Source of the DNA: a bacterium
GTDB lineage: Bacteria > SM23-31
NCBI GenBank assembly: GCA_965249485.1
Contig: OZ252239.1
Location: 1,792,001 to 1,856,000 of the forward strand
DNA length: 64,000 bases
Reading direction: 5' to 3'
Made by a program: the position numbers and the translations under genes. The first letter of the stretch is position 1, and each line of letters begins with the position of its first letter. The notes below the pieces were generated by a model, which was not told the DNA's origin, ran no database searches, and was given only the letters and a program-made list of their open reading frames with translations. Below are positions 42,949 through 52,973 of this stretch, in pieces.

Positions 42949-43048
42949 ATTATATATGAAGAAAGTATACAAATCATTGACGAAATTTCATAAAAAACTG
43001 ACACGTTATGTATCAGCCCTTTCATCGTTATCAGAAATCAGAGTTTGG

Positions 43049-44539
43049 TTATTTAATAAATGTCATCCGTTTTATATCAGTAAAATCTCCAGTCTGAATT
43101 CTTACAAAGTAAACACCGGATGACACCAATTGTCCCGCATTGTTCTTCCCGTCCCATACAGCTTCATTCCTTCCTGCGGGAATGACAGTATCAATGAGAT
43201 TTTTTATTTCCTGACCCCGAGTATTATAAATCCTCACAGAGACGTGAATGGTTTTGGGCAGATTAAACCGGATTATCGTTTCCGGATTGAACGGATTTGG
43301 ATAATTCTGTCCAATGAAGTATTCCTTTATATTGCCGGGGTTGTTATTCACGGAGGTTACAATTGTTGGTTGAATGCGGTATATTTTACCGTCGAACGCA
43401 AGAGAATACAATTCATTATCTCTATCGACACCGAGTGAGGATATGGAAAGATCAGAGTCTATGAGTTGTGTGTTAACCGGAGGATTCACACCGTCATACT
43501 CCAAAGACCATATCCTCCCGCTTGTAAAATCAGTATATATATACCTGCCCTTCAATTCAGGAACGAGCGTTCCCCTGTATACATATCCTCCGGTTACCGA
43601 TGCTCCCAGGCTGTGGTCATATTCCCAGACGGGTGTTTGTAATCCGGTCAACGAGCATCCAGACGGAGGATTAAAGCATGAAGAACCTTCGATGATATTC
43701 CAACCATAGTTGCCTCCACTTTCAACGATGTCTATTTCCTCGATAGAATTTTGACCCACATCGGCAACCCAGAAATTACCGGTTACAGAATCAAAACTGA
43801 ACCTCCACGGATTGCGTAAACCGTATGCATATATTTCTTCTTTAAAACCGACAATATTCCCGGCAAAAGGATTATCAGGCGGTATTCGGTAATTGTTGTC
43901 CGGTGATTGACTGTCCACATCAATACGCAGCATTGCCCCGAGTAGTGTACTTTTATTCTGACCGTGGCCTAGCGGATCTCCGCCAGATCCCCCGTCACCG
44001 AGCCCAATATAAAGGTAACCATCGGGACCGAATGCAAGCTGTCCACCGTTGTGATTCGGGAATGGCTGCGATACCTCAAGGATAATAAACTCGGAATCGT
44101 TTAAGGCGGCAGTCCCGTCATCAGGATTGACACTGTATCGCGCTATAACCGTTCTGTCCGGATTCGACGCGGTATAGTTAACATAAAAAAACCCATTTAC
44201 TGCGTAGTTCGGGTGAAATGCCACCCCCAGAAGCCCTTCCTCATTGCCGGAATCGTTGACTCTGTCTCTGATGTCGAGAAAATTAGAGGATGTGGATGCA
44301 TTCATGGAATTATCAAAACCCAGAACGATACCCTGTTGCTCGATGACAAAAAGTTTATTGCTTCCGCTGTTTGGGTGTTGAAGATCAACCGGCCGGACAA
44401 AAGTCAGATTCGGAAATGCCTGCTCGAGATCGAACTGTGCATACGTACTGACTGCGCACGGGAATAGAAAGAATAATGATACGATCAATTTACTTATCAC
44501 GTCTGTCAATATTGTACACCATAAAAACATGTCTAACAC
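43049..44539 (-). CDS. PQQ-dependent glucose/sorbosone dehydrogenase with FlgD/T9SS-like C-terminal domain
   Basis: EEGLLGVAFHP, NHNGG, GDGGSGGDP, YGLRNPWR; QNYPNPFNP tail. Confidence 0.92.
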   Translation of the reverse strand: MLDMFLWCTILTDVISKLIVSLFFLFPCAVSTYAQFDLEQAFPNLTFVRPVDLQHPNSGSNKLFVIEQQGIVLGFDNSMNASTSSNFLDIRDRVNDSGNEEGLLGVAFHPNYAVNGFFYVNYTASNPDRTVIARYSVNPDDGTAALNDSEFIILEVSQPFPNHNGGQLAFGPDGYLYIGLGDGGSGGDPLGHGQNKSTLLGAMLRIDVDSQSPDNNYRIPPDNPFAGNIVGFKEEIYAYGLRNPWRFSFDSVTGNFWVADVGQNSIEEIDIVESGGNYGWNIIEGSSCFNPPSGCSLTGLQTPVWEYDHSLGASVTGGYVYRGTLVPELKGRYIYTDFTSGRIWSLEYDGVNPPVNTQLIDSDLSISSLGVDRDNELYSLAFDGKIYRIQPTIVTSVNNNPGNIKEYFIGQNYPNPFNPETIIRFNLPKTIHVSVRIYNTRGQEIKNLIDTVIPAGRNEAVWDGKNNAGQLVSSGVYFVRIQTGDFTDIKRMTFIK

Positions 44540-44570
44540 ATGGATTGAAATACTACGTGGTACATATTAC

Positions 44571-44614
44571 TTTAACATGTTATTTCTGCTCCCCGGGCTA
44601 TAGGATTTGTGAAC
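44571..44614 (+). repeat. Cassette repeat copy
   Basis: TTTAACATGTTATTTCTGCTCCCCGGGCTATAGGATTTGTGAAC. Confidence 0.82.
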
Positions 44615-44641
44615 GTTTACGTTGGTTTTCATCGATGCATT

Positions 44642-45457
44642 TTACGGATAGTGCTGTATCGTAAACGATTCGGCACTGTAATTTCCATCCGGCAAAACGG
44701 TCGGTAACCTATACTCCGGATTTGTAAGCAGTTCGTAGACAGCAGGGTCACCGGATAGCACGTCTTCTCTCGTTCTCAAATACCATTGATCGCCCCCCCG
44801 GTCAAAACTCCCGGGATAATCTTGTCCTCCCAATATTGAGGTCATTGCCCAGTGAATATACTCAGAAATCTGGCATCGATAATGACAGGATTCGTCATAA
44901 TAGGTGTACCAGGCTGCTTCGGGGTATTGTTCCGGGACTGCTTCAAAATGTCCTCCTCGTGCCGCGTCCATTGCTTTTGTTATCTCGGTTACACCATTTC
45001 TGCCAAATACAAAAGGGTATGCACCGGCCCATCCGTAGTCAGTTATCAGGTGCAGTATTTCTTCGAGTGCTTCGTTGTACATACCGTTCGTTCCAAGCGG
45101 GCGTATGTTATCAGTCCATACATTTTGCCAGTTGCTAAACGGGACATTAATTGCCTGCAAATCTGCGCTGTTCTTTGCGACAACCTGAGTAGCATTGCTG
45201 TTGACCATCGCATCGACGATTAACTGGTTGTCGGGTATTCCGTCTTCATCGTTATCGAGGTATTCAGCCAGCACGTTCGCGGCATGAATGATTTTATCAT
45301 CAGGTGAAGCCGCGGTCGCAATGACATGAATGCCAAATACTTCTGTTTGCTTGGTGAAGCCAATAACAGGATCAGAAGTAATTACGTTCTTTTCGTCGCA
45401 GCCGACAAGGATAAGAAAACCGATAAGAATAGATATTGGAGCAGATAGATGTTTCAT
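44642..45457 (-). CDS. Lipoprotein, zincin-like (EEILH)
   Basis: Lipobox LVGC; YLDNDEDG, EALEEILHLIT, EYIHW; distant relative of 28982 and 45617. Confidence 0.65.
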   Translation of the reverse strand: MKHLSAPISILIGFLILVGCDEKNVITSDPVIGFTKQTEVFGIHVIATAASPDDKIIHAANVLAEYLDNDEDGIPDNQLIVDAMVNSNATQVVAKNSADLQAINVPFSNWQNVWTDNIRPLGTNGMYNEALEEILHLITDYGWAGAYPFVFGRNGVTEITKAMDAARGGHFEAVPEQYPEAAWYTYYDESCHYRCQISEYIHWAMTSILGGQDYPGSFDRGGDQWYLRTREDVLSGDPAVYELLTNPEYRLPTVLPDGNYSAESFTIQHYP

Positions 45458-45616
45458 AATGATTCCTTTCGATTACTACGTCTGAGTTTCCCGGTATCAA
45501 TTCTCTGAATAGTTTAATTGGGGTGTGTATCATCCGGCTCTTCGGATTGAGTGAGTTGCACTACGGGTTTCTTTTGTATATGTATTGTTTTAAAGAATAC
45601 TACGTGAATGACACTG

Positions 45617-46564
45617 TTACATACCAAACAATTCATCAAGGAGTGAGGGGAAAGGTGGTGTCATTAAATTCGGAACGGTTTGCTGAAATAGCTGCCACGA
45701 CAGAGGAAGTTTTTCCCGTACGTCAGTTGGATTGCGGATCCCTGTCCATTCCGAATCCGGACCAAACGGCTCCATATAATCCCACGCTGTAAAGATGACC
45801 CAATATGCAAATTCCTGTATTATAATCCTGAGATAGTGACTATCAAGTTTATTATATTGCGTGACGTTGTAATGTCCTTTATCAATTGCTTCCTGCATAG
45901 CATAATAGACGTCCGACGTTTTCGAAGTACCCCATTCGTCCGGAAATGTGTGATGAAATCCAACACGTGTTACAAAGTGTAAGATATGCTCCATTACCTC
46001 ATTCACTTGTCGCGGTCCTGGTTCACTTTCATAAATCACATCAACAACACTGTACTGATTCGTTAAATCATCAAACTGGGGCTGCTCCTGGGAAGAGAGT
46101 GTACGGCGATCTTTAAAGAGTGGGATCACAGCTTTATATCTGTACAGGTTTGTAATTAATCCTTCCTGCAACTCAGTATCGATAAACTCATCTTGCGGAA
46201 ACATTTCCTCGATAGTTCGGGCAACATTCTCCATAAAATCATCGGAGATTTCGTCCCGGCCGACCAAAATCATACCGTTAACGGTGAGTTTTTTTGTGAA
46301 CGGCGGGTATTCGTTTGACTGAATGATGCCGCTTTTCTGATAGAGATCGTCCGGCACTTCACCCGTAGGTTGAATTACGGGAGGTATCAATGAATCGTCA
46401 TATTCCTGATCAATATTCCCCGAATTTGTCGGAGTAACTACTGAAGTGTCTGAACTGCACGAGTACAGAAGTAAGGTCAATGCAAAGATTACACAATAAA
46501 CGTGTCGAGTTGACATAATTGGGTTACTTACTTTTAGACTGATATTCTCCATATCAATTCTCAC
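45617..46564 (-). CDS. Lipoprotein with zincin-like ExxEHxxH motif
   Basis: Lipobox LYSC; EYPPFTKK, EVMEHILH, QEFAYWVIFTAWD; true start probably MSTRH. Confidence 0.65.
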   Translation of the reverse strand: MRIDMENISLKVSNPIMSTRHVYCVIFALTLLLYSCSSDTSVVTPTNSGNIDQEYDDSLIPPVIQPTGEVPDDLYQKSGIIQSNEYPPFTKKLTVNGMILVGRDEISDDFMENVARTIEEMFPQDEFIDTELQEGLITNLYRYKAVIPLFKDRRTLSSQEQPQFDDLTNQYSVVDVIYESEPGPRQVNEVMEHILHFVTRVGFHHTFPDEWGTSKTSDVYYAMQEAIDKGHYNVTQYNKLDSHYLRIIIQEFAYWVIFTAWDYMEPFGPDSEWTGIRNPTDVREKLPLSWQLFQQTVPNLMTPPFPSLLDELFGM

Positions 46565-46679
46565 AAGAAATTATTGGGATTGTGCTGATATATGATTCTG
46601 ATTTAGATGTGGTGTACCTGGTCAGAGCGTATCAGTTGCGTAGATGTATTTCATATAAATAGTAAGATATACATCTGGC

Positions 46680-46722
46680 TTTTACAAGTAATATCTACTC
46701 CCCGGGCTGTACGATGTGCGAA
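46680..46722 (+). repeat. Cassette repeat copy
   Basis: TTTTACAAGTAATATCTACTCCCCGGGCTGTACGATGTGCGAA. Confidence 0.92.
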
Positions 46723-46736
46723 TTTAAACAGCTTTA

Positions 46737-48098
46737 TTATTCTTGACCAGGTGATTCGTGACGCGGAATGAAGATCTGTCCGTCTTTGACAACAATGTAT
46801 CCATCACGGATAACCAGATCAGTATTTGCAAGGTCATCAAGGTCTACATCAGGCCTGCCGTCAACCACGAGAACATCGGCTAGTTTTCCCGGCTCTAAAG
46901 TTCCCAGCTTGTCGTCCATATCAAGGATCTCTGCGCTCGTCTCTGTGGCAGCAACAAGGACTCCTGAAATAGTATACCCACCCTCGACAAAATTCTTTAA
47001 CTCTGAAATATAAGTTTCGGGCAAAAGTTCAGGGTTCAAATCTATCCCAATTCCCATTTTTATTCCGGCACTTTTCTGTTTCCGAAACAAATCCATAACT
47101 GTTACCTTTGATAAGGTTATCTGGTCGATGGTCGAAGGATCCATGAAAACAGGAATTGACTCTATTTCTTTTTCCGCCATCATCCTGATAGTCTCATCTG
47201 TGCGGGGCGCCATCTTCTCTACAACGTCTACCGAGGTTTCAACCGCCCACTCAAGATAGTACAAGCCAGTAATCCAGGATGAACCCCAAGAATGAATACC
47301 GGCGTCTACAGCCACCTTTATACCTAAAGCGTGTGCTTCTTCTATGGCTGCTGCAATCTCTTCACGACTAAAATGACTGGTGATACTGATCAGATCAGCA
47401 CCATTATCATATTGTGCACGCACAGCTTTTCGCCATTCATCCCGTCCGTCAGCGGTGCGTTCCGATTCGACCGGTTGGTTTTTAAACTGTCTTCCCTCAG
47501 CCTGATGTCCCCCAGTGCCGGTAATGGCTTGCCCGGCAGCAAAGACTCTGGGACCGGGAATTCGATTCTGGGATACTAATTCTTTTAGTCGGAATGGTAT
47601 ATTTCCATGTGATGAAGCATCACGAATACTTGTGACACCGCTTTCGATATAATAGCGAAGACGCTCAACGGCAATAAGCGTGTACATTGGATCATAATCA
47701 ATGTGTGGAATTATTTCAGTTAAATGAGTATGGAGATCAATAAGACCCGGCAGTATAGTTTTCCCCGCAACATCTATCACCTGTGCATTCCCGGGCCAAT
47801 CAGTAGATCCGGGCGATAGGATCTTTTTAATTTTGTTCCGTTCAATGACAATAGTTCCGTTGCGTACTGCCGCACCAGTCCCATCAAATATCCTCCCTCC
47901 AGTTAAAACTAATGTACCTTCGGGACCCTGCTGACCCTGAGGAATTGGAATACGCCGGGGATCGTCAGTGGTTACTGTATTTTCATTGATCCATGTTCTC
48001 CGGTTCTGTGCCCGTTCCTGGCTCAGCACTGATCCGTAGAATATGAGTAACCCGATAAGACAAGAAAAAATAGACTTTGTAAGTAAATTCCTAATACT
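46737..48098 (-). CDS. Amidohydrolase (prolidase-like); start codon apparently damaged
   Basis: PGLIDLHTH, GTGGH, GTLEPGKLAD; signal-peptide frame extends to 48098 after RBS AAGGAGG but TAG occupies the expected ATG position. Confidence 0.75.
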   Translation of the reverse strand, partial: SIRNLLTKSIFSCLIGLLIFYGSVLSQERAQNRRTWINENTVTTDDPRRIPIPQGQQGPEGTLVLTGGRIFDGTGAAVRNGTIVIERNKIKKILSPGSTDWPGNAQVIDVAGKTILPGLIDLHTHLTEIIPHIDYDPMYTLIAVERLRYYIESGVTSIRDASSHGNIPFRLKELVSQNRIPGPRVFAAGQAITGTGGHQAEGRQFKNQPVESERTADGRDEWRKAVRAQYDNGADLISITSHFSREEIAAAIEEAHALGIKVAVDAGIHSWGSSWITGLYYLEWAVETSVDVVEKMAPRTDETIRMMAEKEIESIPVFMDPSTIDQITLSKVTVMDLFRKQKSAGIKMGIGIDLNPELLPETYISELKNFVEGGYTISGVLVAATETSAEILDMDDKLGTLEPGKLADVLVVDGRPDVDLDDLANTDLVIRDGYIVVKDGQIFIPRHESPGQE

Positions 48099-48167
48099 CT
48101 ATACCTCCTTATTAGCTTTGCATTAATTTGAGCAGTAATGATATAAATAGTAAAGTATATATAATAC

Positions 48168-48212
48168 TTCTACAAGTGTTTTTTGTTCCCCGAGGTGTAC
48201 GATGTGCGAACC
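48168..48212 (+). repeat. Cassette repeat copy
   Basis: TTCTACAAGTGTTTTTTGTTCCCCGAGGTGTACGATGTGCGAACC. Confidence 0.88.
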
Positions 48213-48257
48213 TTTACGTTCGAAAATATTAGACAGATTATTGATGTGATTTTAAAT

Positions 48258-48287
48258 AAAAAGGCTGACTCATATGAATCAGCCTTT
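48258..48287 (-). terminator. Intrinsic terminator
   Basis: AAAGGCTGA-loop-TCAGCCTTT stem followed by a U-tract on the minus strand. Confidence 0.7.
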
Positions 48288-48412
48288 GAAATCTTGTAGC
48301 AAGCACTATTTTTCAGCATCCGGATTGTTCTGTAACAAGCGATACGAGCAACAACGACACAAACAACTCAATAAACACTAAAGAAAACTCCTCCGTTCTT
48401 GCAGCTTTGGGC

Positions 48413-49819
48413 TTAATGGATCAGTAAAATTCGCTCATTTGGCGGATGAAGAAATTCAACTCCCCGGCTGGAGATAATGTGGTTACCTTCTATATTAAGG
48501 GAAACCGGAAATCCGGGTCTTTCAGGAACGTTTGTAGCGATTACATATTCAAATGAAAATAGATGATTTTCCTGAACCGTTATATGATCTCGATCCGACC
48601 GAAATGCCGCCATTGAGGGCCCGACAGTAACCAGGCTGCCGGTATGATGACCCATACTGTGAAGGTCAATGGAAAAGCTTGACTGATTTGTATTCGCTAA
48701 TTTCTCCTGTACATTCATATAGTTTTCCGGGGATTCATCTGTATAAGGAGTATAAATATAGTCTGCCGCTTTCATTGCCGCGATTATATCGTTCAAAGTT
48801 TCCCCGGCGGTTTTACCAACTTTTACCTGTGTCCGAATGATCTTGCGGGCTGCTATCGCTCGATCATAAGCATGTTGCAAACTCGCGGGGACACTTGTTT
48901 CACCTTCCCTCATGATATATGCATTACGCTTATAATCTGTCCCAAAGTAGTCCAGATATCTTACCCCGGTATCAAACGACAAAAAATCACCGCGCTGTAG
49001 AACGTATTGAGAAGAGCGTGTCTCGGATTGATCTGAAACAGCAGAATAGACAACTCCGGGACTGCCTGCCCCACTACCATATCCCCTTGTTAAACCCCGC
49101 TTAAAAAATTCCTCTTTAACCCACCAGCCTACATCCTCCCTTGTCGTTACACCCGGTGTGATTACTTCATTCGACAATGCACGCTCTTGAATCTGACGAT
49201 GTACTTCCAGTGCATTGGTCATGAGTGTCACTTCCCTCAAGATCCTTCTTGTTCTGAAATCGGTAATCACATTCTCTGCAGACACAATTCTCGATGAATA
49301 TTTAGGGCCTAATATTTTTTCCAGTCTCACGTATTGCGAATGTGAAATCCCGTCTGCAATAGCGAGCCAGTCGGATGTGTTGACTGCAATTGTTTTCGGA
49401 TCACGCTCTTCTACAAACTTTGTTATTTCGTCCCAGACTCCGGGATCCAGTTTATTGCTATAACCGTTAAAAGCTCGTCCGACTTCGCGAGAGCCTCGTA
49501 TGTCAATATTCGCGACAGCTCCTGCACGGCCAAACGCAGCTCTCTCAATCCTGTCACCCAGGTCTGTAAAAATCAGATAACCAGACGTCGATCCAAAATT
49601 CTCAGCCATTGGATCGGGGTCTCCCGCACGGGTGACGTGAATCCACATGTCTACATTATTGTCGCGCATGGCCCCCGGCAGAATAAGGTCAAGTTTTTCG
49701 TTTCTTATCAGCCGAAGGACTTCCCCGCCGGTCTTTGCCGTATGTACACCCGGCTGCGCATTGACATTAGGTACTGTGAACAGCACAGCAAATAAAAAAA
49801 TCATACCTCGAGATTTCAT
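48413..49819 (-). CDS. Secreted M24-like protein, paralogue 7
   Basis: Close paralogue of 31916-33322 with candidate metal ligands retained. Confidence 0.8.
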   Translation of the reverse strand: MKSRGMIFLFAVLFTVPNVNAQPGVHTAKTGGEVLRLIRNEKLDLILPGAMRDNNVDMWIHVTRAGDPDPMAENFGSTSGYLIFTDLGDRIERAAFGRAGAVANIDIRGSREVGRAFNGYSNKLDPGVWDEITKFVEERDPKTIAVNTSDWLAIADGISHSQYVRLEKILGPKYSSRIVSAENVITDFRTRRILREVTLMTNALEVHRQIQERALSNEVITPGVTTREDVGWWVKEEFFKRGLTRGYGSGAGSPGVVYSAVSDQSETRSSQYVLQRGDFLSFDTGVRYLDYFGTDYKRNAYIMREGETSVPASLQHAYDRAIAARKIIRTQVKVGKTAGETLNDIIAAMKAADYIYTPYTDESPENYMNVQEKLANTNQSSFSIDLHSMGHHTGSLVTVGPSMAAFRSDRDHITVQENHLFSFEYVIATNVPERPGFPVSLNIEGNHIISSRGVEFLHPPNERILLIH

Positions 49820-50100
49820 GACTTTTTCCTCTCTTGATTAAAAGTGGTTTTTTGATACTATTTATTTGTGAATTGCTTCAAGTGTGGTCAAACTATGTGA
49901 CATCAAGATTTTTGCAACGGTTTGTTCATAAACCATATGCAACCTGAGAGCACTCTGTCGGATTATTAAGAGTACTATTAATGGTAAAGAATGCACGTTA
50001 ATATTACAAGTATTATTTACTAATTTCCTTCCGTAAGTCGCCTTTCCCGATAACTCTCCACCTGCTTAATTCATAGACAACAATTCAAACCTTAGTGGTC

Positions 50101-50250
50101 TACTATACGATTACTCACCAGATAAACACAGTCCTTCTATTTCTAAATTTTTTCAGATATTTTACGAGGGGTTATAAGTATGATGGGTGCTTCCGGGAAT
50201 GATATGGTATGTCGTGAAATCTCACCTTGCCAATTCTTGTCACAATTCGT
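50101..50250. repeat. Non-coding module C, copy 2, preceded by CTATACGATT
   Basis: Aligns with 11771-11918 and 54135-54290. Confidence 0.7.
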
Positions 50251-50449
50251 ATGTTATAGTGGCAATGGTGACATGTGTGACAGTTAATGAGAGTGTGTAA
50301 AGAAACGGCAGCCATGGAGAAATTTAATGAATTATCAATGCATCAATAGGGCCTGCCCATGGCAAAACCAGGTGTCTGGAACTGAAGATGCCAGCAACGA
50401 AATAGTAACCATGTATCAGACATGGTGCTCATGTATCGGGAGGTATAGT

Positions 50450-52021
50450 ATGAAAGCTACAAGAATCTATTTGGCATGGTTGTTATCACTGTTTACCGCG
50501 GTGTCTTCTGTATATGCACAAGAACCGGTGCACTGGGATGTAGTCCAGGAGATCGTGGAAGAAGGATTTGAGAATTCTGAATTATTGGAAAACGTGAGCT
50601 GGATGACCGATGTATTCGGACCGCGGTTGGCACGGTCGCCCGGATACCTTGCCGCTGCGGAATGGGCGAAGGAGAAATTTGAGGACTATGGCCTGGAAAA
50701 CGCCCAATTGGATGAATATGAGTTTGGTGTTGGCTGGAACCTCGAATATACTTCTGTAGATATGATGGCCCCGCAGTATATGCCGGTAATTGCCTACCCT
50801 CAAGCATGGTCTTCCCCGACAGAAGGGAGAATCCGGGGTCCGGTAGTGTATATCAATTTTCAGGAAATCTCCTCGGAAAAGGATTTGGACAGATACAGAG
50901 GAAAATTACGAAATGCCATCATTTTTACGGTGCCGGAACAAAAAATGTACCTGAATCGGAAACCGGATGCAGTGTTCCTTACGGATGAGCAGCTCGACGC
51001 GATGGCGGAAATTCCTACATCGGCAGAAATGGCAGAAGAGATTCGTATTATTCCGCGTCCTGTCGAACTGGACCGCCGTGTCCCCCCGGTGTATCAGTAT
51101 CCGAGGAGGAAAATAATTGATTTTCTTTTATCCGAAGGGATAGCCGCGATTGCCAGTACGGATGGATTTTATGACGATGGTACGGTGCAGGTAACCAGTG
51201 TGGCACAACGAGCGTGGTCACCTGATGCTCCGAAGCATCCAACCTCGTTTATATTTGCCGCAGAACATTATAACCGCATTATGCGAATTCTTGAGAAGGA
51301 TATCCCTGTTGAATTAGAAGTTGAGTTGAGGGCTGTCTATTCCGAAAGAGACCTGACGGCTCACAATGTTATCGCTGAAATTCCCGGAACCGACCTGGCG
51401 GATGAAGTGGTTATCGCAGCAGCACATTACGACGGCACCATATCCGGTACCGGTACCGGAGATAATGCAACCGGTGCAGGCCACGTTATGGAAGCAGCCC
51501 GAATTTTAAAAGCAATCGGGGTTAAGCCCCGCCGAACAATTCGCTTTGCCTTATGGGACGGCCATGAATCAGGCAATTCGGGAGCCCGCTCTTATATGGC
51601 CCGAAACTACTTTAATCCTGAAACAGGAGAGCAGCTTCCAGATTATGAAAAACTTGCCGGATATTATAATCTTGACTATGGGACGGGCAAAATCCGCGGT
51701 ATTTATCTTATGAATAATCTCCGTGCTAAACCCATTTTTGCGGAATGGATGAAACCGTTTCACGATATGGGTATGAAGCATTCCTTTTATGTCGCAAGCT
51801 ATGACGCCGGCACAGAAGGATACGATACGGTAGGACTGCCGGCATTTAAATTCTGTCAGGACGCGGTCGAGAACGATATGCGTGCTTATCATACGAACAT
51901 GGACGTATTTGACCGTATTGTTCCGGAATACTTCAAGCAGGGAGCGGTGATTGTAGCAAGTTTTCTTTATCACACGGCTATGCGCGATGAAAAACTCCCC
52001 GGTGCTCCCGGGCAGGATTGA
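50450..52021 (+). CDS. Secreted M28 family metallopeptidase
   Basis: Paralogue of 18116-19702; AAHYD, DNATG, DGHESG, HTNMD; start MKATR after RBS GGAGG. Confidence 0.88.
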   Translation: MKATRIYLAWLLSLFTAVSSVYAQEPVHWDVVQEIVEEGFENSELLENVSWMTDVFGPRLARSPGYLAAAEWAKEKFEDYGLENAQLDEYEFGVGWNLEYTSVDMMAPQYMPVIAYPQAWSSPTEGRIRGPVVYINFQEISSEKDLDRYRGKLRNAIIFTVPEQKMYLNRKPDAVFLTDEQLDAMAEIPTSAEMAEEIRIIPRPVELDRRVPPVYQYPRRKIIDFLLSEGIAAIASTDGFYDDGTVQVTSVAQRAWSPDAPKHPTSFIFAAEHYNRIMRILEKDIPVELEVELRAVYSERDLTAHNVIAEIPGTDLADEVVIAAAHYDGTISGTGTGDNATGAGHVMEAARILKAIGVKPRRTIRFALWDGHESGNSGARSYMARNYFNPETGEQLPDYEKLAGYYNLDYGTGKIRGIYLMNNLRAKPIFAEWMKPFHDMGMKHSFYVASYDAGTEGYDTVGLPAFKFCQDAVENDMRAYHTNMDVFDRIVPEYFKQGAVIVASFLYHTAMRDEKLPGAPGQD

Positions 52022-52259
52022 AAAAATTGAACACAGACCCGTCACTATCACTTTTGTAGTATAATTTTTTCTGTATGAACCGCTATACGCTGGGAATTGA
52101 CCGGTCTGGACGACGAGATCAGGAATCTGTGGTAATTGTACATACCATACTATTGAATACTTACGTCCCTCATGTATGTCGTCAGAATAAGTTGGAATTT
52201 ATTGATTAAAAATTTAGAGATGCTTTTAGTTTTTACGAGGATATTCTAATCCTCAATAG

Positions 52260-52688
52260 TTATTTCTTCATCAATGCATCCACGCTCAGTCCATCCCTTT
52301 CACGCGGAACCATAAGGATAAAAACAACCAGGACAAGGAGGGAAAAGATGTGGCCAGATATATCGAAGAACGGCTCCTTGAGGAGATGGCCATAGGTCAC
52401 TATAACAAGCGTCGATCCTAGAACTGCAAGGCTTTCCTTCACTCTGAATCCGAGACACAATAGCCCACCAGCGATTAATTCTAGAAAAGGTATCATAAAT
52501 CCCATAGTCCACAATAGTCATATAGGAATCCAAGTATCCTGGTAGCCACCAACAAAATTTCCACAGGCAAAATCGACCGCACCTATTGCGAACACCTTGT
52601 GAAATCCATACATCATGAACATTAATCCGAGTATCATCCGCACGAAAAACAGAGCCATCGAAACGCTGTCGAATTTCAATTTTCTCAT
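52260..52688 (-). pseudogene. DoxX family protein, TGG to TGA at 52518-52520
   Basis: Near-copy of 26166-26594 with WIPI*LLW where the paralogue has WIPIWFLW. Confidence 0.88.
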
Positions 52689-52845
52689 ATTTGATCTCCT
52701 ATATGTAATAACTGATATTCCCCATATCAATTCTCTAATAGATATTAATAAGGATTTTGTCGAGTTATGATGCTTTTTTAAGATGTGATATACTTCGTAA
52801 AAGCATACAGGTATTTTGATAGAAATGATATGGTATTTATTTAGT

Positions 52846-52890
52846 TTTTACAAGGATTTTTTACTCCTCAGGCTGTACGATTTGCGAACC
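52846..52890 (+). repeat. Cassette repeat copy
   Basis: TTTTACAAGGATTTTTTACTCCTCAGGCTGTACGATTTGCGAACC. Confidence 0.92.
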
Positions 52891-52973
52891 GTTGAGGTAA
52901 GTTTAAATCTGTCCAAAATTTTCTGAATCCCAACAGTTTTTGGCATTTAGTTCGTTTTCCATATCTGTTATCA

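Noticed and set aside
7144..52520. TGA recoding (Trp or Sec) suggested by three in-frame TGA codons
   Set aside because: TGA serves as a true stop at conserved C-termini (terL; 26751 where paralogues use TAA), TGG is used throughout, and TAA and frameshift lesions also occur.
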